Source: the human T2T-CHM13v2.0 reference genome, Homo sapiens
Assembly (NCBI RefSeq): GCF_009914755.1
Contig: NC_060931.1
Length of the DNA: 64,000 nucleotides
Direction: 5' to 3' (one strand)
Shown here: one piece after another, positions 42,620 through 55,254 of the stretch
Position numbering within the stretch: position 1 is the stretch's first letter
Layout of the letters: the number at the start of each line of letters is the position of its first letter
The notes under the pieces: model-generated
Seen by the model: only the letters and a program-made list of their open reading frames with translations
The model's database searches: none
Told to the model about the DNA's origin: nothing
Position numbers and translations under genes: made by a program

Positions 42620-44210
42620 GTAGCTTTTATTAAAAAGTAATATATGACCATAATAAAAAATTCAGGAAAATATTTAAGTGTTCAAAATAAAGTAATGAAA
42701 ATTTCCTCTCTCTACCCACTACAGTTTTAATTCCTCATCTCACCTGAGGTTATTGTTAGCAGTCTGTGGTGTATTTTTCCAGCCCTCCTTTGCATGCATA
42801 TGCAAATATAAAAGCATGTGTATATGCTATTTTTAATGTAATCAAACTATATATACTAATCTCCAACTTGCTGCTTTTGCTTAAAAATATAATTATGCAT
42901 ATATTCTCATGACAAACCTTATAGTTACAACTTTATCTTTATTAATGGCTCCACGATATTGCACTGGATGCATAAATTAGTTTAATTTAATTAATTATAT
43001 TAATTCTAATATATTAGTTTAATTTATGCATCCAGTGCAATATCATTTGTATTACAATAAAAATCCTTGTACACTTAATGAGCATTTCTTGGATAAATCA
43101 TATTGTTAACTAAATTCAAATGAATATATATATTTTTGAAATTTTGCAAACATTCTCTACAAACATTGATATGAAACATGTGTATGCTTCCAGCAAAGGG
43201 AGATGACAGTACAGATTTTTCCCAAATTTTAAATAATACAGGACGTTATAAATATTTTCAATATTTACCATGGTAGTGGGTTAAAAAAAAGCAGCTAATT
43301 TTGTTTTAATTGGCATATTTTAATTAGTGAGGTAAGCTTTTCTGCATATTGTTAGTCATTTATATGTTTTATGTGTGTAACAGAGAGCAAACTGGCTTTC
43401 CAGATTATTTGCCCATTTAATGTAATTATTTTCTCAATAAATTATTAATATCTATTCATACATAAGGAAATTATAGCTTTGCCATATGTATTGCAAATAT
43501 AATTTGGAGTCTGATGTTTTAAAAATTTTTCTTGACAGTGAATTATTTAGAATAATTGTACTATTTAGCATTTATTTTGTTAATAAACATGAGTCCACCA
43601 TTTTTTCCCTCAAAACATGGCTGGTTATCCAAATCCAATTTATTGAGTGATCTATTTTCCCATCGTAGATTTTTGGAAACCTATACTTATCATGTACTAC
43701 ATAGCCTATATAAATGACTCTATTTTTGTATTCTTTTCTGTTCCATTGATTTGTCAATCCCTAAACATTATCACATGATTTTAATTAGTACAGCTGAGTA
43801 TTACTTGGGAGTAATTCTCTACCATTAAAAAAAATCTTTGTTTTTTCTTTTATTTTTATGCATTTATTTATACACATAAAGCTTTCTTTATCAAGATCTA
43901 AATCAAGAAGTAGAATAAGGACAAGGAGAGGTAGAAGGATGGAAAATTATGGTATTTTGATGTAAACATGTGATTTCCGTTTGAATTTTCAATGAAATGG
44001 TATGGCTTTCTCTATGTAAGAACAAGATATCACTGTAGTTCAAGTTTTCTTTTGTGTATCAATACAATCTTAAATTATGTTTACACATATCCTGAAAATG
44101 TCTTCTTAGGTTTATTTCTAGGTGTTTTGTGTTTTGTTACTGTTTTAAAAGGCATCTTTACTGCATAGAAAAGCTATTTTTTTTTAATGTCCAATTTGAC
44201 CTGGTCATTT
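42620..44210 (-). mobile_element. Decayed L1ME-type fragment
   Basis: aatccaatttattgagtgatctattttccc, ttctgttccattgatttgtc, tttatttctaggtgttttg motifs. Confidence 0.6.
42955..43044. repeat. Perfect 25-bp inverted repeat with a 40-nt AT-rich spacer
   Basis: GATATTGCACTGGATGCATAAATTA (42955-42979) and TAATTTATGCATCCAGTGCAATATC (43020-43044). Confidence 0.95.
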
Positions 44211-44215
44211 ATATG

Positions 44216-44216
<1 letters not shown>

Positions 44217-44264
<48 letters not shown>

Positions 44265-44265
44265 T
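44217..44265. repeat. (TG)n microsatellite
   Basis: Read directly. Confidence 0.95.
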
Positions 44266-44289
44266 TTCAATAAAGGTAGTAAAGAGAGT

Positions 44290-44570
44290 AACCTGAAAAA
44301 GAAGGATATGGTAATCAGAGAAGAGAGAGAGTAATTATTGATATTGATAATGACAAGTTTTAGAATCTATCCACAGACTTGGGAGTCTTGGAAAGAATGA
44401 AGAACAAGATTATTATAGGTAAGATACCTGAGAGGCTAGGTTGTTGAGAGAATCACTTACACACATACTGAAATCACGAAGAATCATGACAAGGGCAATT
44501 TTGGAGAAAATAACAAGAACCAGGAAATAAAATCTTTAAAGGATGAGAGAGAACAATCCAAGGTTATGTA
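44290..44570 (-). mobile_element. L2 internal fragment
   Basis: Purine-rich L2-antisense-like sequence (ctgaaatcacgaagaatcatgac...gaaccaggaaataaaatcttt). Confidence 0.4.
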
Positions 44571-44573
44571 AAA

Positions 44574-44828
44574 AAGTGTTCCTCAAAATGTAGTCCTCAA
44601 TGTTTTGTTATTTATCCATAGTAAGGTAAGTATAGAAATTGAGGGTAATCATTTACACACTTTACAGCAATTTTACCATTTTGATGTCAATGTAATGCAA
44701 TAATAGAAAATTCTACTTACATTTTATACCCATTCTATTCATTGTAACCTATTTTTTCTTGTGTATATTGATTCAAAGCAAATTAGAGGCTGGAGATTGG
44801 TCCTTCACAGATAGTTTGAAAAGCACTG
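44574..44828 (+). mobile_element. hAT-Charlie DNA transposon (Charlie18a-like)
   Basis: TIR-like ends aagtgttcctcaaaatgtagtcc...ggtccttcacagatagtttgaaaagcactg; internal taagtatagaaattgagggtaa. Confidence 0.6.
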
Positions 44829-44937
44829 CTGCAGTTGACTGCAGTAAGAAAGAGTTATGGCTAATCTAAGATGAGATGAGAAAGCTAGAGGATTATATGA
44901 AGAAAGAAAAGAGAATGATTCAAACTTGGAAGTGAAG

Positions 44938-45040
44938 TAGGATAATCAACTCATTCTAGTTTGCCTCAGACTTTCTCGATTTTAGCATGGAAAATCCCAG
45001 GTCCCAGGAAATCCATAGGTCCCAGACAAACCAGGATGAG
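44938..45040 (+). mobile_element. MER81-like hAT-Blackjack MITE
   Basis: tagggataatcaactcattctagtttgcc...gattttagcatggaaaatccc...gtcccagacaaaccaggatg. Confidence 0.65.
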
Positions 45041-46489
45041 AGCAAAGAAGACATCAACATCCCGCTTCAGGCCCAGAAATACTAGCGATGAGAGAAAATG
45101 CACAGCCACACCCCTTTCAATCTTCTAATGATGTTACGAAGGCCAGTGGTGGGGCAGTCTCATTTGGAGAATCAGGAACTCTTTGACTCCCTCTTTAATC
45201 CCAGAACAAAATAATTTATTTACTATGGCATAGAAAAAATAGACTAATGGCTTCTTCCACAACACCCAGAGCACTCAGCTCCAGCCTCAGTGTTACTAAG
45301 AACAGGGTGGAAGTTGTGGAGACACAGTTTTATCTGGAGTATGCACACCACGTTTTCTCTGCTTAAGACTGCACAGATCTAGTATGGTTGTTAGCAGTTC
45401 AAGGTTCTGCACTATTACCGACTAAAAAATAGTTGAATAGATTAAACGATTAATGTTGATCAATTATTTTAGACCAACTCTTTTAGAATTTTGAACACAA
45501 TCACAGCTACTCTTCATCTAAGGTTTAATGTCTCATTTTAGCAACTTTTGAATCTTTAGGTCAACTTGATAGAGGTTAACACCACCCAAATTTGCCCAAA
45601 GAGACTTGTAACAGAAAGCCATTTAAATAATTTATAACCAGGATTGGATTTATGCATCATCTGGTAAATGCATCTTCTTACCAGTTGGGAAACTGACGCA
45701 AGGAGGGGAATTAAAATCAGAAAAGTTTGCCTGATGAATTTGGGATTAGAACAGAAATAGTTGAGTGGCCTTAAGCAATCGTTCATCAAGCAATGGAGGG
45801 TTGGTGAGACACTGTCTGTTGTAAATAGATGTAGCTGTCCAGTGGAGGAATATTTCTGGTGAATGGTGAGGACACCTTCTCCTCTGAATGGTGCTAAAAA
45901 GACAATGACAAATTCTTACTTTCTGACTTTCATTTTTCAAGACTCTATTGAGACCATCAACTTTCAGTTTGCATTTGTTATTATGGCATCAACCTTTCCA
46001 CATTTCAACCTGCAATTCCCAAGTGAACAGATTATTTTTCATCAATTACATTTTAGGTTGGCTCCTCCATGATAACATTTTTCATTGATTATACTTTAGG
46101 TTGGCTGCCTAAAGATGAATCTGAGTTGTCTTAAAAAGGCACAGTGGTATCATCTGCCTTTGAGAAGCTTCTCTATAGACAGAATAGAATCTCATGGATT
46201 GTTAACTAACCCCACACACGTAGTATATGTTCAGTCTTAGAAATTCCTGTCAAAGACAGTGGCACTGACTTTCTTGTGCCAAATTTGAGTGTCCTATCTT
46301 AATACCACTGTAATTACCTTTCTATAAAGGTTAAACTTTCATCTAAACAATTCCCACCCCACATCGTCTTGTTAAATTGAAAACAAAGCTGTAATTTTCC
46401 ATCTCAGATGACATCCAATGGGTGATATGTTTGGCAGGCTTCTGAAACTTTATTTTCTATGTGGATCATCTAGTTATTTTATGCAAATT

Positions 46490-46602
46490 AATAAAATCTG
46501 GTATAATACAGTTTCAGTGGGACTAGGGTGGGCTGTAAGATTCTGAATTTATAACAAACATGATTAACTAGTCTGGAAACCATATTTTGAGTTGCAAGTG
46601 TT
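46490..46602. mobile_element. MER5-like DNA transposon fragment
   Basis: ttcagtgggactagggtgggctgtaagattctgaattt...accatattttgagttgcaag. Confidence 0.5.
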
Positions 46603-46869
46603 TAGGAGCTTCGTAACTAACATCATTTTCTAGTAATACTTTTCGAAGGTTTTCCATTAACAACGTTCTCATTAGAGAACTTCTAGTACTAGAGAGAACT
46701 TGTCACTCTAGCAAGAACTTCTAGTACTGACAGTTCTCAACAGCTTAATCTCTCTGTAGCCAACTCCATTACACATTTTTTCAGTCAGGTTTATCAAATT
46801 TCTTGCCTCTGAAAAATTTCTTTCCGCAGGTGGACAGCTTGGGAAAATATAGTTGGTGTTAAGAAGCTG

Positions 46870-47085
46870 GACACTGCCATTTAAATGCAAAGTGATATTA
46901 GGCCATTTTCTTCACTTGTGTAAAACCTCAGTTTCCTCAATTATAAAGTAGATGAAATAATAATAGTAAAAATAATAATATCATCCAACTCCTAGGAGTG
47001 TTATCAGAATTAATGTGATGATGCAAATGAAATTCCAAATGTGCAGCACTTATGAAAAAAATTATATCCTTATCGATATTATTAT
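46870..47085 (+). mobile_element. MIR SINE
   Basis: aacctcagtttcctcaattataaagtagatg...ctcctaggagtgttatcagaattaatg. Confidence 0.75.
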
Positions 47086-47217
47086 TGGTGTTATTATTAA
47101 AGAATAATTTTGTATTACATCATGGAATCAATATCACATCAACTCCTTGCTGCTTTGCTGAATTTGGGGCATCTCATCAAACTCAGCTTATGGTGAAGTT
47201 TCCTTCCCTAATGAGGC

Positions 47218-49139
47218 CCATATGGTTTGGCTTTGTGTCCTCACCCAAATCTCATCTTGAATTTTAATCCCTGCATATCAAGGGAGGAGCCTGGCAGGAG
47301 GTGATTGTATCATGGGGATGGTTTTCCTCCATGCTGTTCTCATGATAGTAAGGGAGTTCCCATGATGGTTTAAAAGTGGCAGTTTTCCCTGCATTCTCTC
47401 CCTACCTCTCTCTCTCTCTAAATCTCTAACCTGCTGCAGTATAAGAGGTGCCTTGCTTCCCCTTCACCTTCAGCCATGATTGTAAGTTTCCTGAGGACTC
47501 CCTAGCCATGCAGACCTGTGAGTCAATTAAACTTCTTTTCTTTATAAATTACCTAATCTCATGTAGTATCCTTATAGCAGTGTGAGCATGGACTAATACA
47601 GAAAACTGGTACTGGCAAAGTGAGATACTCCTATAAAGATAACCTGAAAATGTGGAAGCAACTTTGGAACTGGGTAACGGGCAGATGCTATAACAGTTTG
47701 GAGAGCTCGGAAGATGTGGAAAAGTCTGGAACTTCTTAGAGACTTTTTGAATGGTTTTCACCAAAATATTGATACTGATATGGACAATGAAGTCCAGGTT
47801 GAGGTGGTCTCAGATGGAGATGAGCTACTTCTTGGGAACTGGAGTAAATGTCACTCATGCTATGCTTTAGCAAACATAATGGCAGCATTTTGCCCCTGGC
47901 CTAGAGATCCATGGAACTCTGAACTTGAGAGAGATGACTTACGGTATCTGGCAGAAAAAATCCTAAGCAGCAAAGCATTCAAGAGGTGACCTGGCTGATT
48001 CTGAAAGCATTCATTCACATGTGTTCATAAAAAGATGGTTTGAAATGGGAACTTAAGTTTAAAAGGGAAGAAGAGCATAAAAGTTTGGAAAATCTGCAGC
48101 CTGACCATTTCATAAAAAAGAAAAACCCATTTTGTGGGAAGTAATTGGAATTCAAGCTGGTTGCAGAAATTTGCAAGAGGACTCAAATGTTAATAGCTAA
48201 GACAATGGGGAAAATGTCTCCAGGGCATGTCAGAGATCTTTGCAGCAGCCCCTCCCATCACAAGCCCAGAGGCCTAGGAGGGAAAATTGTTTTATGAGCT
48301 GGGCCCAGGGGCTTCTGCTTTGTGCAGCCTCAGGACTTGGTGCCCTGTGTCCCAGCAGCTACAGCTATAGCTGTGGCTAAAAGGGGCCAAGGTACAGCTC
48401 AGGCTGTTGCTTCAGATGGTGTAAGCCCCAAGCCTTGGCAGTTTCTACATGATGTTGGGCCTTCAGTGTGCAGAAGAAAAGAGTTAAGGTTTGGGAACCT
48501 CTGCCTAAATTTCAGAGGAGGTATGGAAATACCTGGATATCCCGACATAAGTCTGCTGCAGGGGTGGAACCCTCATGAAGAACCTTTATTAGGGCAATTC
48601 AGAGGGGAAGTGTGGAGTTGGAGCCCCGACACAGAGTTCTCACTGGGGCACTGCCTAGTGAAACTGTCAGAATAGGGCCACGTTCCTCCAGACCCCAGAA
48701 TGGTAGACCCACCACCAGCTTGCATCGTGTACTTGGAAATGTTGCAGGCACTCAATACTAGCCCAAGAAAACAGCCACAAGGGCTGTACCTTGTAGAGCC
48801 ACATGGACAAAGCTGCTAAAGGCCATGGGAGCCCATCGCTTGCAGTAGCATGCCCTGGATGTGAGACATGGAGTCAAAGAAGATTTTGGAGCTTTAAGAT
48901 TAAATGACCTCCCCACTGGGTTTCAGACTTGCATGGGGCCTGTGGCCTCTTTATTTTGGCCAAATTCTCCCATTCAGAATAGAAACATTTGCCCAATGCC
49001 TGTACCCCCATTGTATCTTGGAAATAACTAACTTGTTTTTTATTTTACAGGCTCACAGGTGCAAGGGACTTGCTTGTCTCAGATGAAACTTTGGGCTTGG
49101 GCTTTTGGGTTAATGCTAGAATGAGTCAAGACTTTGGGA
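47218..49139 (+). mobile_element. MSTA-type MaLR 5' LTR (47218-47600) plus internal region
   Basis: (c)catatggtttggctttgtgtcc...ggactaataca followed by MaLR internal sequence (MDNEVQVEVVSDGDELLLGNWSK); left TSD gaggc. Confidence 0.9.
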
Positions 49140-49357
49140 GGCTGGGTGTGGTGACTCATGCCTGTAAATCCAGCACATTGGGAGGCCAAGGGTGGCTGAT
49201 CACATGAGGCCAGGAGTTTGAGACCAGACTGGCCAATATGTCAAAACTCCATCTCAACTAAAATTACAAAAATTAGCTAAGCATAGTGGCACATGCCTAT
49301 AGTCCCAGCTACTCAGGTGGCTGAGGCAGGAGAATCACTTGAACCTGGGAGGTGAAG
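49140..49357 (+). mobile_element. AluS, 3'-truncated (left arm and part of right arm; no tail)
   Basis: ggctgggtgtggtgactcatgcctg...gaacctgggaggtgaag, then an abrupt switch to TGATATGG. Confidence 0.9.
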
Positions 49358-51276
49358 TGATATGGTTTGGCTGTGTCTCCACCCAAATCTCATCTTAAAT
49401 TCTCATATGTTGTGGGACGGACCTGGTGGGAGGTAATTGAATCATGGGGGCAGGTCTTTCCTCTGCTGTTCTCATGATTGTCTCACAAGAGCTAATGGTT
49501 CTATAAGGGGGAGTTTCCCTGTACAAGCTCTCTCTTTTTGCCTGCTGCCATCCATGTAAGATGTGACTAACTCCTCCTTGCCTTCTGCCATGATTGTGAG
49601 GCTTCCCAGCCACATGGAACTGTAAGTCCATTAAAACCTTTATCCTGCATAAATTACCCAGTCTTGAGTATATCCTTATCAGCAGCATGAAAACAGACTA
49701 ATACAGTAAATTGGTACCACTAGAGTGGGGTGTTGCTGAAAAAAAAAAACCTGAATATGTGGAAGTGACTTTGGAACTGGATAACAGGCAGGGGTTGGAA
49801 GAGTTTGTAGGGATTAGTCAAAGAAAGAAAAATGTGGGAAGTTTGGAACTTCCTAGACACTTGTCAAATGGCTTTGACCAAAATGTTGATAATAATATGG
49901 ACAATAAAATCCAGGCTAGGTGGTCTGAGATGGAGAGAAAGAGCTTGTTGGGACCTGGAGAAAAGGTGACTCTTGTTATATTTTAGCAAAGATACTGGCA
50001 GCATTTTGCCCCTGCCCTAGAGATTTGTGGAACTTTGAACATGAGAGAGATGATTTAGGATATCTGGCAGAAGGAATTTCTAAGCAGCCAAGCATTTGAG
50101 AGGTGACTGGGGTGCTGTTAAAGGCATTCAGTTTTAAAAGGGAAACAAGGCATAAACGTTTGGAAAATTTGCAGCCTGACAATGTGATAGAAAAGATAAT
50201 TCCAATTTCTGAGGAGAAATTCAAATCACTTATGCAAAAATTTGCATAAGTAACAAGGAACTGAATGTTAATCCCTAAAACAATGGGGAAAATGTCTCCC
50301 AGGGCAAGTCAGAGGTCTTCATGGCAACCCCTCCGATCAAAGCCCTGGAGACCTAGGAGGAAAAAAACTGTTTCATGGGCTGGGACCAGGGTTCCTGTGC
50401 AATGTGCAGCCTAAGGACTTGGTGCCTTGCATCCCAGCTGCTCCAGCCATAGCTGAAAGGGGCCAACATAGAGCTGTGCCTTCAGAGGGTGCAAGCCTCA
50501 AGCCCTGGCAACTTCCACGTGGTTTTGAGCTTGCTAGTGCAAGAAGTCAAGAATAGGGGTTTGGGAACCTCCATCTAGATTTCAGAGGATGTATGGAAAT
50601 GCCTGGTTGCCTAGGCAGTAATTTGCTGCAGGGGTGAAGCTCTTATGTAGAAATTCTGCTAGAATGCAGAAGAGAAATGTGGGGTCAGAGCCCCGACACA
50701 GAGTCCATACTGGGTCACTGCCTAGTGTAGCTGTGAGAAGAGGGCCTCTGTCTTCCAGACCCCAAAATGCTAGATCCACTGATAGCTTACACTGTGTGCT
50801 TGAAAAAGCCACAGACACTCACTTGCCCATGAAAGCAGCCAACAGAGGAGCTATATCCTGCAAAGCTACAGAGGCAGAGCTGCCCAGGCTGTGGGAACCT
50901 ACCTCTTGCATCAGCATGACCTTAATGTGAGACATGGAGTCATAGGAGATCATTTTGGAGGTTTAAGATTTGATTGCCCCTCTGGATTTTGGATTTGCAG
51001 GGGGCCTGTAGCCCCTTTGTTTTGGCCAATTTCTCCCATTTGGAATGCCTGTATTTACCCAATGCCTGTACTTCCATTGTATCTAGGAAGTAACTAACTT
51101 GCTTTTGATTTTACACGCTCATAGGCAGAAGGTACTTGCCTTGTCTTGGATGAGGCTCTGGACTATGGACTTTTGAGTTAATGCTGAAATGAGTTAGTAC
51201 TTTGGGGGACTGCTGGGAAGGCATGATTGGTTTTGAAATGTGAGAACATGAGATTTGGGAGGGGCCAAGGGCAGAA
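49358..51276 (+). mobile_element. THE1A-like LTR (49358-49705) plus THE1 internal region
   Basis: THE1A diagnostics (gctgccatccatgtaagatgtgac, tatcagcagcatgaaaacagactaataca); internal begins gtaaattggtacca; PPT gggaggggccaagggcagaa. Confidence 0.88.
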
Positions 51277-51644
51277 TGATATAGTTTTGCTCCGTGTTCC
51301 TACTCAAATCTCATCTCAAGTTGTAATCTCCACATATTGAGGGAGGGACCCTGTGGGAGGTGATTGGATCATGGGGATGGTTTCCCCCATGCTGTTTTAT
51401 TGATAGTGAGGGAGTTCTCATGAGAGCTGATGATTTAAAAGTGGCAGTTTCTTCTGCACTCTCTCTTTCTCTCCTGCTGCCATGTTAAGACATACCTTGC
51501 TTCCCCTTCCCCTTCTGCCATGATTGTAAATTTCCTGAGGCCTCCCCACCCATGCAGAACAGTGAGTCAATTAAACCTCTTTTGTTCATAAATTACCCAG
51601 TCTCAGGTAGTATCTTTATAGCAGTGTGAAAACGGACTGATACA
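51277..51644 (+). mobile_element. MSTA-type 3' LTR, partner of 47218-47600
   Basis: Shares tttaaaagtggcagttt and tatagcagtgtga with the 47218 LTR but not with the THE1 LTR; right TSD gagac matches gaggc. Confidence 0.85.
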
Positions 51645-53789
51645 GAGACTAAGCAAAAGGCTTATACTATAGTATCTGCCATTACCTCTTAGTGATATCT
51701 GAACTCAGACCTCAAAAAACTTCAGCTCCAGAATCATCATGGTAGACTTTCTTGTCCAACTCAAAAGCTTAGAGTATCCATATAGATTAAATTTGAAAAT
51801 AATTCCATAATTTTTCCAGGTGTATCTAATATACTTTGAGTGACTTAGGAATAATCCAATTCTTTGCTTAGAGCAGATCCCATCATTCAAACTACATGTT
51901 TGACAGCTGCTGGGTGGTAGCTGGATGTTAAGTGAGAGAGGTGAGTTAGCATGAGATAATTCTGTTTCTTAGAGTATTTGCCTGTGATTAAGTTGACTTT
52001 TTTCCCCTGTATTTAGAAACTAAAAGAGAGCTTCAGGAATGGCTTAATTAATTCTTCAATCATGTCAATTTTATCCTCCACTAGATAGGCATTAAAAATT
52101 TCAATTTAATAAAAGTCTTTTCTGTTATATCACTTGCTGATTTCTGCAGGAGGCCTACCTAACCCAGTAATTTGTATTCCTATTTTAAAATTATGTATTA
52201 CCAACAACTAGGTGAATCCTATTAATAGACAACTCCAGGTGCAGAAATAAAGAATTATCTTTTCGTTTAGCCACAATGCACATTTTGCTCTCACCATGGG
52301 TAGTCTGAAGTTCACAGATTTGTTTATCTGTGTATTCCTTGAGGAGCTCCACTTTATACTAGGAGAGAAATATCATAGAGATGCACAACATTTTTCTAAA
52401 TAGGCAATAAATTATCAGAAACTCTGAGATATTTCTCATTTAAATTAATAACCTATATCACAATTCTTTACTTTCTAAAACAAATGGTAGAAATGAATAG
52501 TATTAAATAAGAGACTTTAGAACATAGACTGGGAGAAAAAAGATTGGCTTAATTCATGGATTAATTGGGCAATCCTAGAGCAAATGGCTTTACCAAGACA
52601 AGTTCTCTCTCAGAGTTTCCAGGCAACTGATAAAATACAGAAAGCTGTCAACTCAATTGTGGGTAAGCAGTCCAACAAATCACTCACATGTACCATAAAG
52701 TGCTTTTTTTTTCCCCCTCACTTCCCAGTCAGATTTATACTCAGATCAATCCAGCAAATGAACCCATAGAGAGAAATTTTACAGAAGTGGAACTGTGGTG
52801 TGAGAGCCAAGAGAGGAGGCCTTGCCTACTCTTCATATGTAAATATGAACCTTGTGTTTGGATCTCACCAAGAGTCCAGCATCCCATCTTGTGTCAATGA
52901 CTGTGCATCTGGGAAGACTGGAGGCTAATGCTGAGAGGTCCAATTTTGTGTGCCTCAACTCTATCCAACTAACCTCAATGCCACTTTTTATGCACTAAAC
53001 ATTTTATGCACTAAAAAAATTTAGTATTATTTCAGAACAAAATACAACAAACAGTACCACCACAATCACAATTGGATATCAACATATAAAATAAAGTGCA
53101 TTCTGAGAAAAATTTATCTTAGTAGAAATAGAAATCTACTATAGATTTTCCTATAATTATATTACTGGGTTTTAGGATATTTTAAACAGCATTTCTTTAT
53201 AAGTCTACTATAAATATCAGTATTTTCCCCCAGAGAGACACGATCCTAGCATCACTAAAAAAATGTCAGTCACGCTTGTGACTATGTAGATACACACACT
53301 GACTAGTTGACTTGTTTGACGGATTTTTCTACTGTAAGGATCCAAAAATGATCCAGCTGGTGCAATTGTCAACAGGGCCTATGTATCAAATGTTGTCAGG
53401 CTCAGCTGAAAATAAGCATACTTTCTTAGCATCACTAACAGCTCTCTTAATAAAGCTGCCAACATTGCCAAATATAGTGTGTTGGTGTTTGAAAGGTTAA
53501 AGTCATGTAAGTATTTATGTTACACATCTAGAAACAATTAGTGGAATACATGGTACATTAATTAAATTTGATGTTTTATCATCTGGTTCTTGATAAATAA
53601 GTTGTATTTTCAGAGCTTGTTCTACCCTCAATTAACAAAAATTGTGAGAAAGAAGTTTGTGATATCTCTGTAAGGAATGTGTATCTTTGTGTGTATATAT
53701 ATGTATATGAAATCATATATATATATATGAAATTATGTATATATATAACATTTTAAAGATACCTAATTTTTTGAAATTAAAGTTTTGCT

Positions 53790-54310
53790 TTCTTAAGTTT
53801 TTCCTGTATGAATTGTATAATGCTCATGTTTTCTTTTTCGTACAGTGTAGACACACACACCACTTAGTAAATATTATATAACCATTTGATAGGCAAAGTT
53901 CTTTCTTGATTTAAAGAAAACAGGTTATTTTCCCAGGTTAGTACATATGCATCAACTTCATTCTTTTTACTAGCTAAAGAGTATAATATTGTATATACAT
54001 GTACTACAATAATTTTTTACCAGTTCCTTGTCAGTGGTCATTATTTTCAGGTATTTTTGCTATTACAAACAATGTTACAATAAAGATCCTTAAATAAATA
54101 AATATATATATATATATATATATGGCATAAATTTGCAAGTGCATCTATAGGGATAATTCTTATTCATAGAATTGATGGCTCAGAGAGTGTGGCCATTTTT
54201 CAGTTTGTTGAATATTGACTACTTGCACTCCAAAGCAGGAGTGTTCATGGCATACCTGTATTCCTCACAGTGCTTATACTGTTACTAACTGTTGCCAAAT
54301 TGGTAAATGA
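53790..54310 (-). mobile_element. Old L1ME fragment with embedded (TA)n
   Basis: tttttgctattacaaacaatgttacaataaagatcctt...gaattgatggctcagagagtgtgg. Confidence 0.6.
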
Positions 54311-54942
54311 AGATGATTAGGGAATTTCTTTCAAGGAATTTCTGAGTTCCAAATCAGGATTTGATATAGAAACTCACAACCCAAGGTTTGTAATTCTAGG
54401 TCCAGGATTCTTTTAAATTGTATTTATGTGGGCATCTTCACTTTTCCCTAAGGAAAAAGTTCATATTTTTAATCAGATTTTCAAAGAAACCATTGATCCA
54501 CACCTACCTATGACCACAATGCTCTATTTCTAGAGAAAGTTAAAAAATGCAATTATTTATTTGTGTTTACTAATATAATCTTATAAAAACAGCAAATAAT
54601 TACATTTTCTAAATTATTGAGTTTTTAATTTTACTCATAGGGGAAAATAAAGCACAACCCAGATAAGAGAGCATGACATCACTTTGATCATTATACAAGG
54701 CTTTTGAAAAGCTTAGAAAATGTCTTACTGATTCCAACAATACCTAACTCCTGATGGCATCACCACATCGTTCCTTCTCTTACCTCCTCTCTTCTATCCC
54801 CACCACAGCCTGTCTTTACACCCATTTTATTCCTCAAGCCATTGCAAGAAATGCCACTCTTGCTGTCTCCACTTACTCACTTGTTTTCATCAAAGGCAAG
54901 GTAAATATATAAAGTGGACAGTTATGACTCTCGGGTAATACT

Positions 54943-55237
54943 GAATTGGTCAGGATAATGTAACAGGATAATGTAATGCTGATGTAACAATAAATTCCCA
55001 AATCTCAACTGTTAGAAAAAACAAAGTTTATCCAGACTGCCTGAGTTTCATGACTCTTCCATCTTGATATATTCCTGTACCATTTCTGTGGCAGGGCAAC
55101 ATAGAGCACAGAGACTCAAATTTCAGCTCATTAATTATAGCCTGATAGTTAGAATGTATCATATACCCCTGCCTAACTGTACTAGGCATTTCAGATAAGC
55201 GAATATAATATTTGAGGATAAATATTGCCTCTGCCAC
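54943..55237 (-). mobile_element. LTR33/MLT1-like old ERVL LTR fragment
   Basis: ggtcaggata...tgctgatgtaacaataaattcccaaatctca...acaaagtttat...ctctgccaca. Confidence 0.5.
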
Positions 55238-55254
55238 AAACATCTATCCAACAA

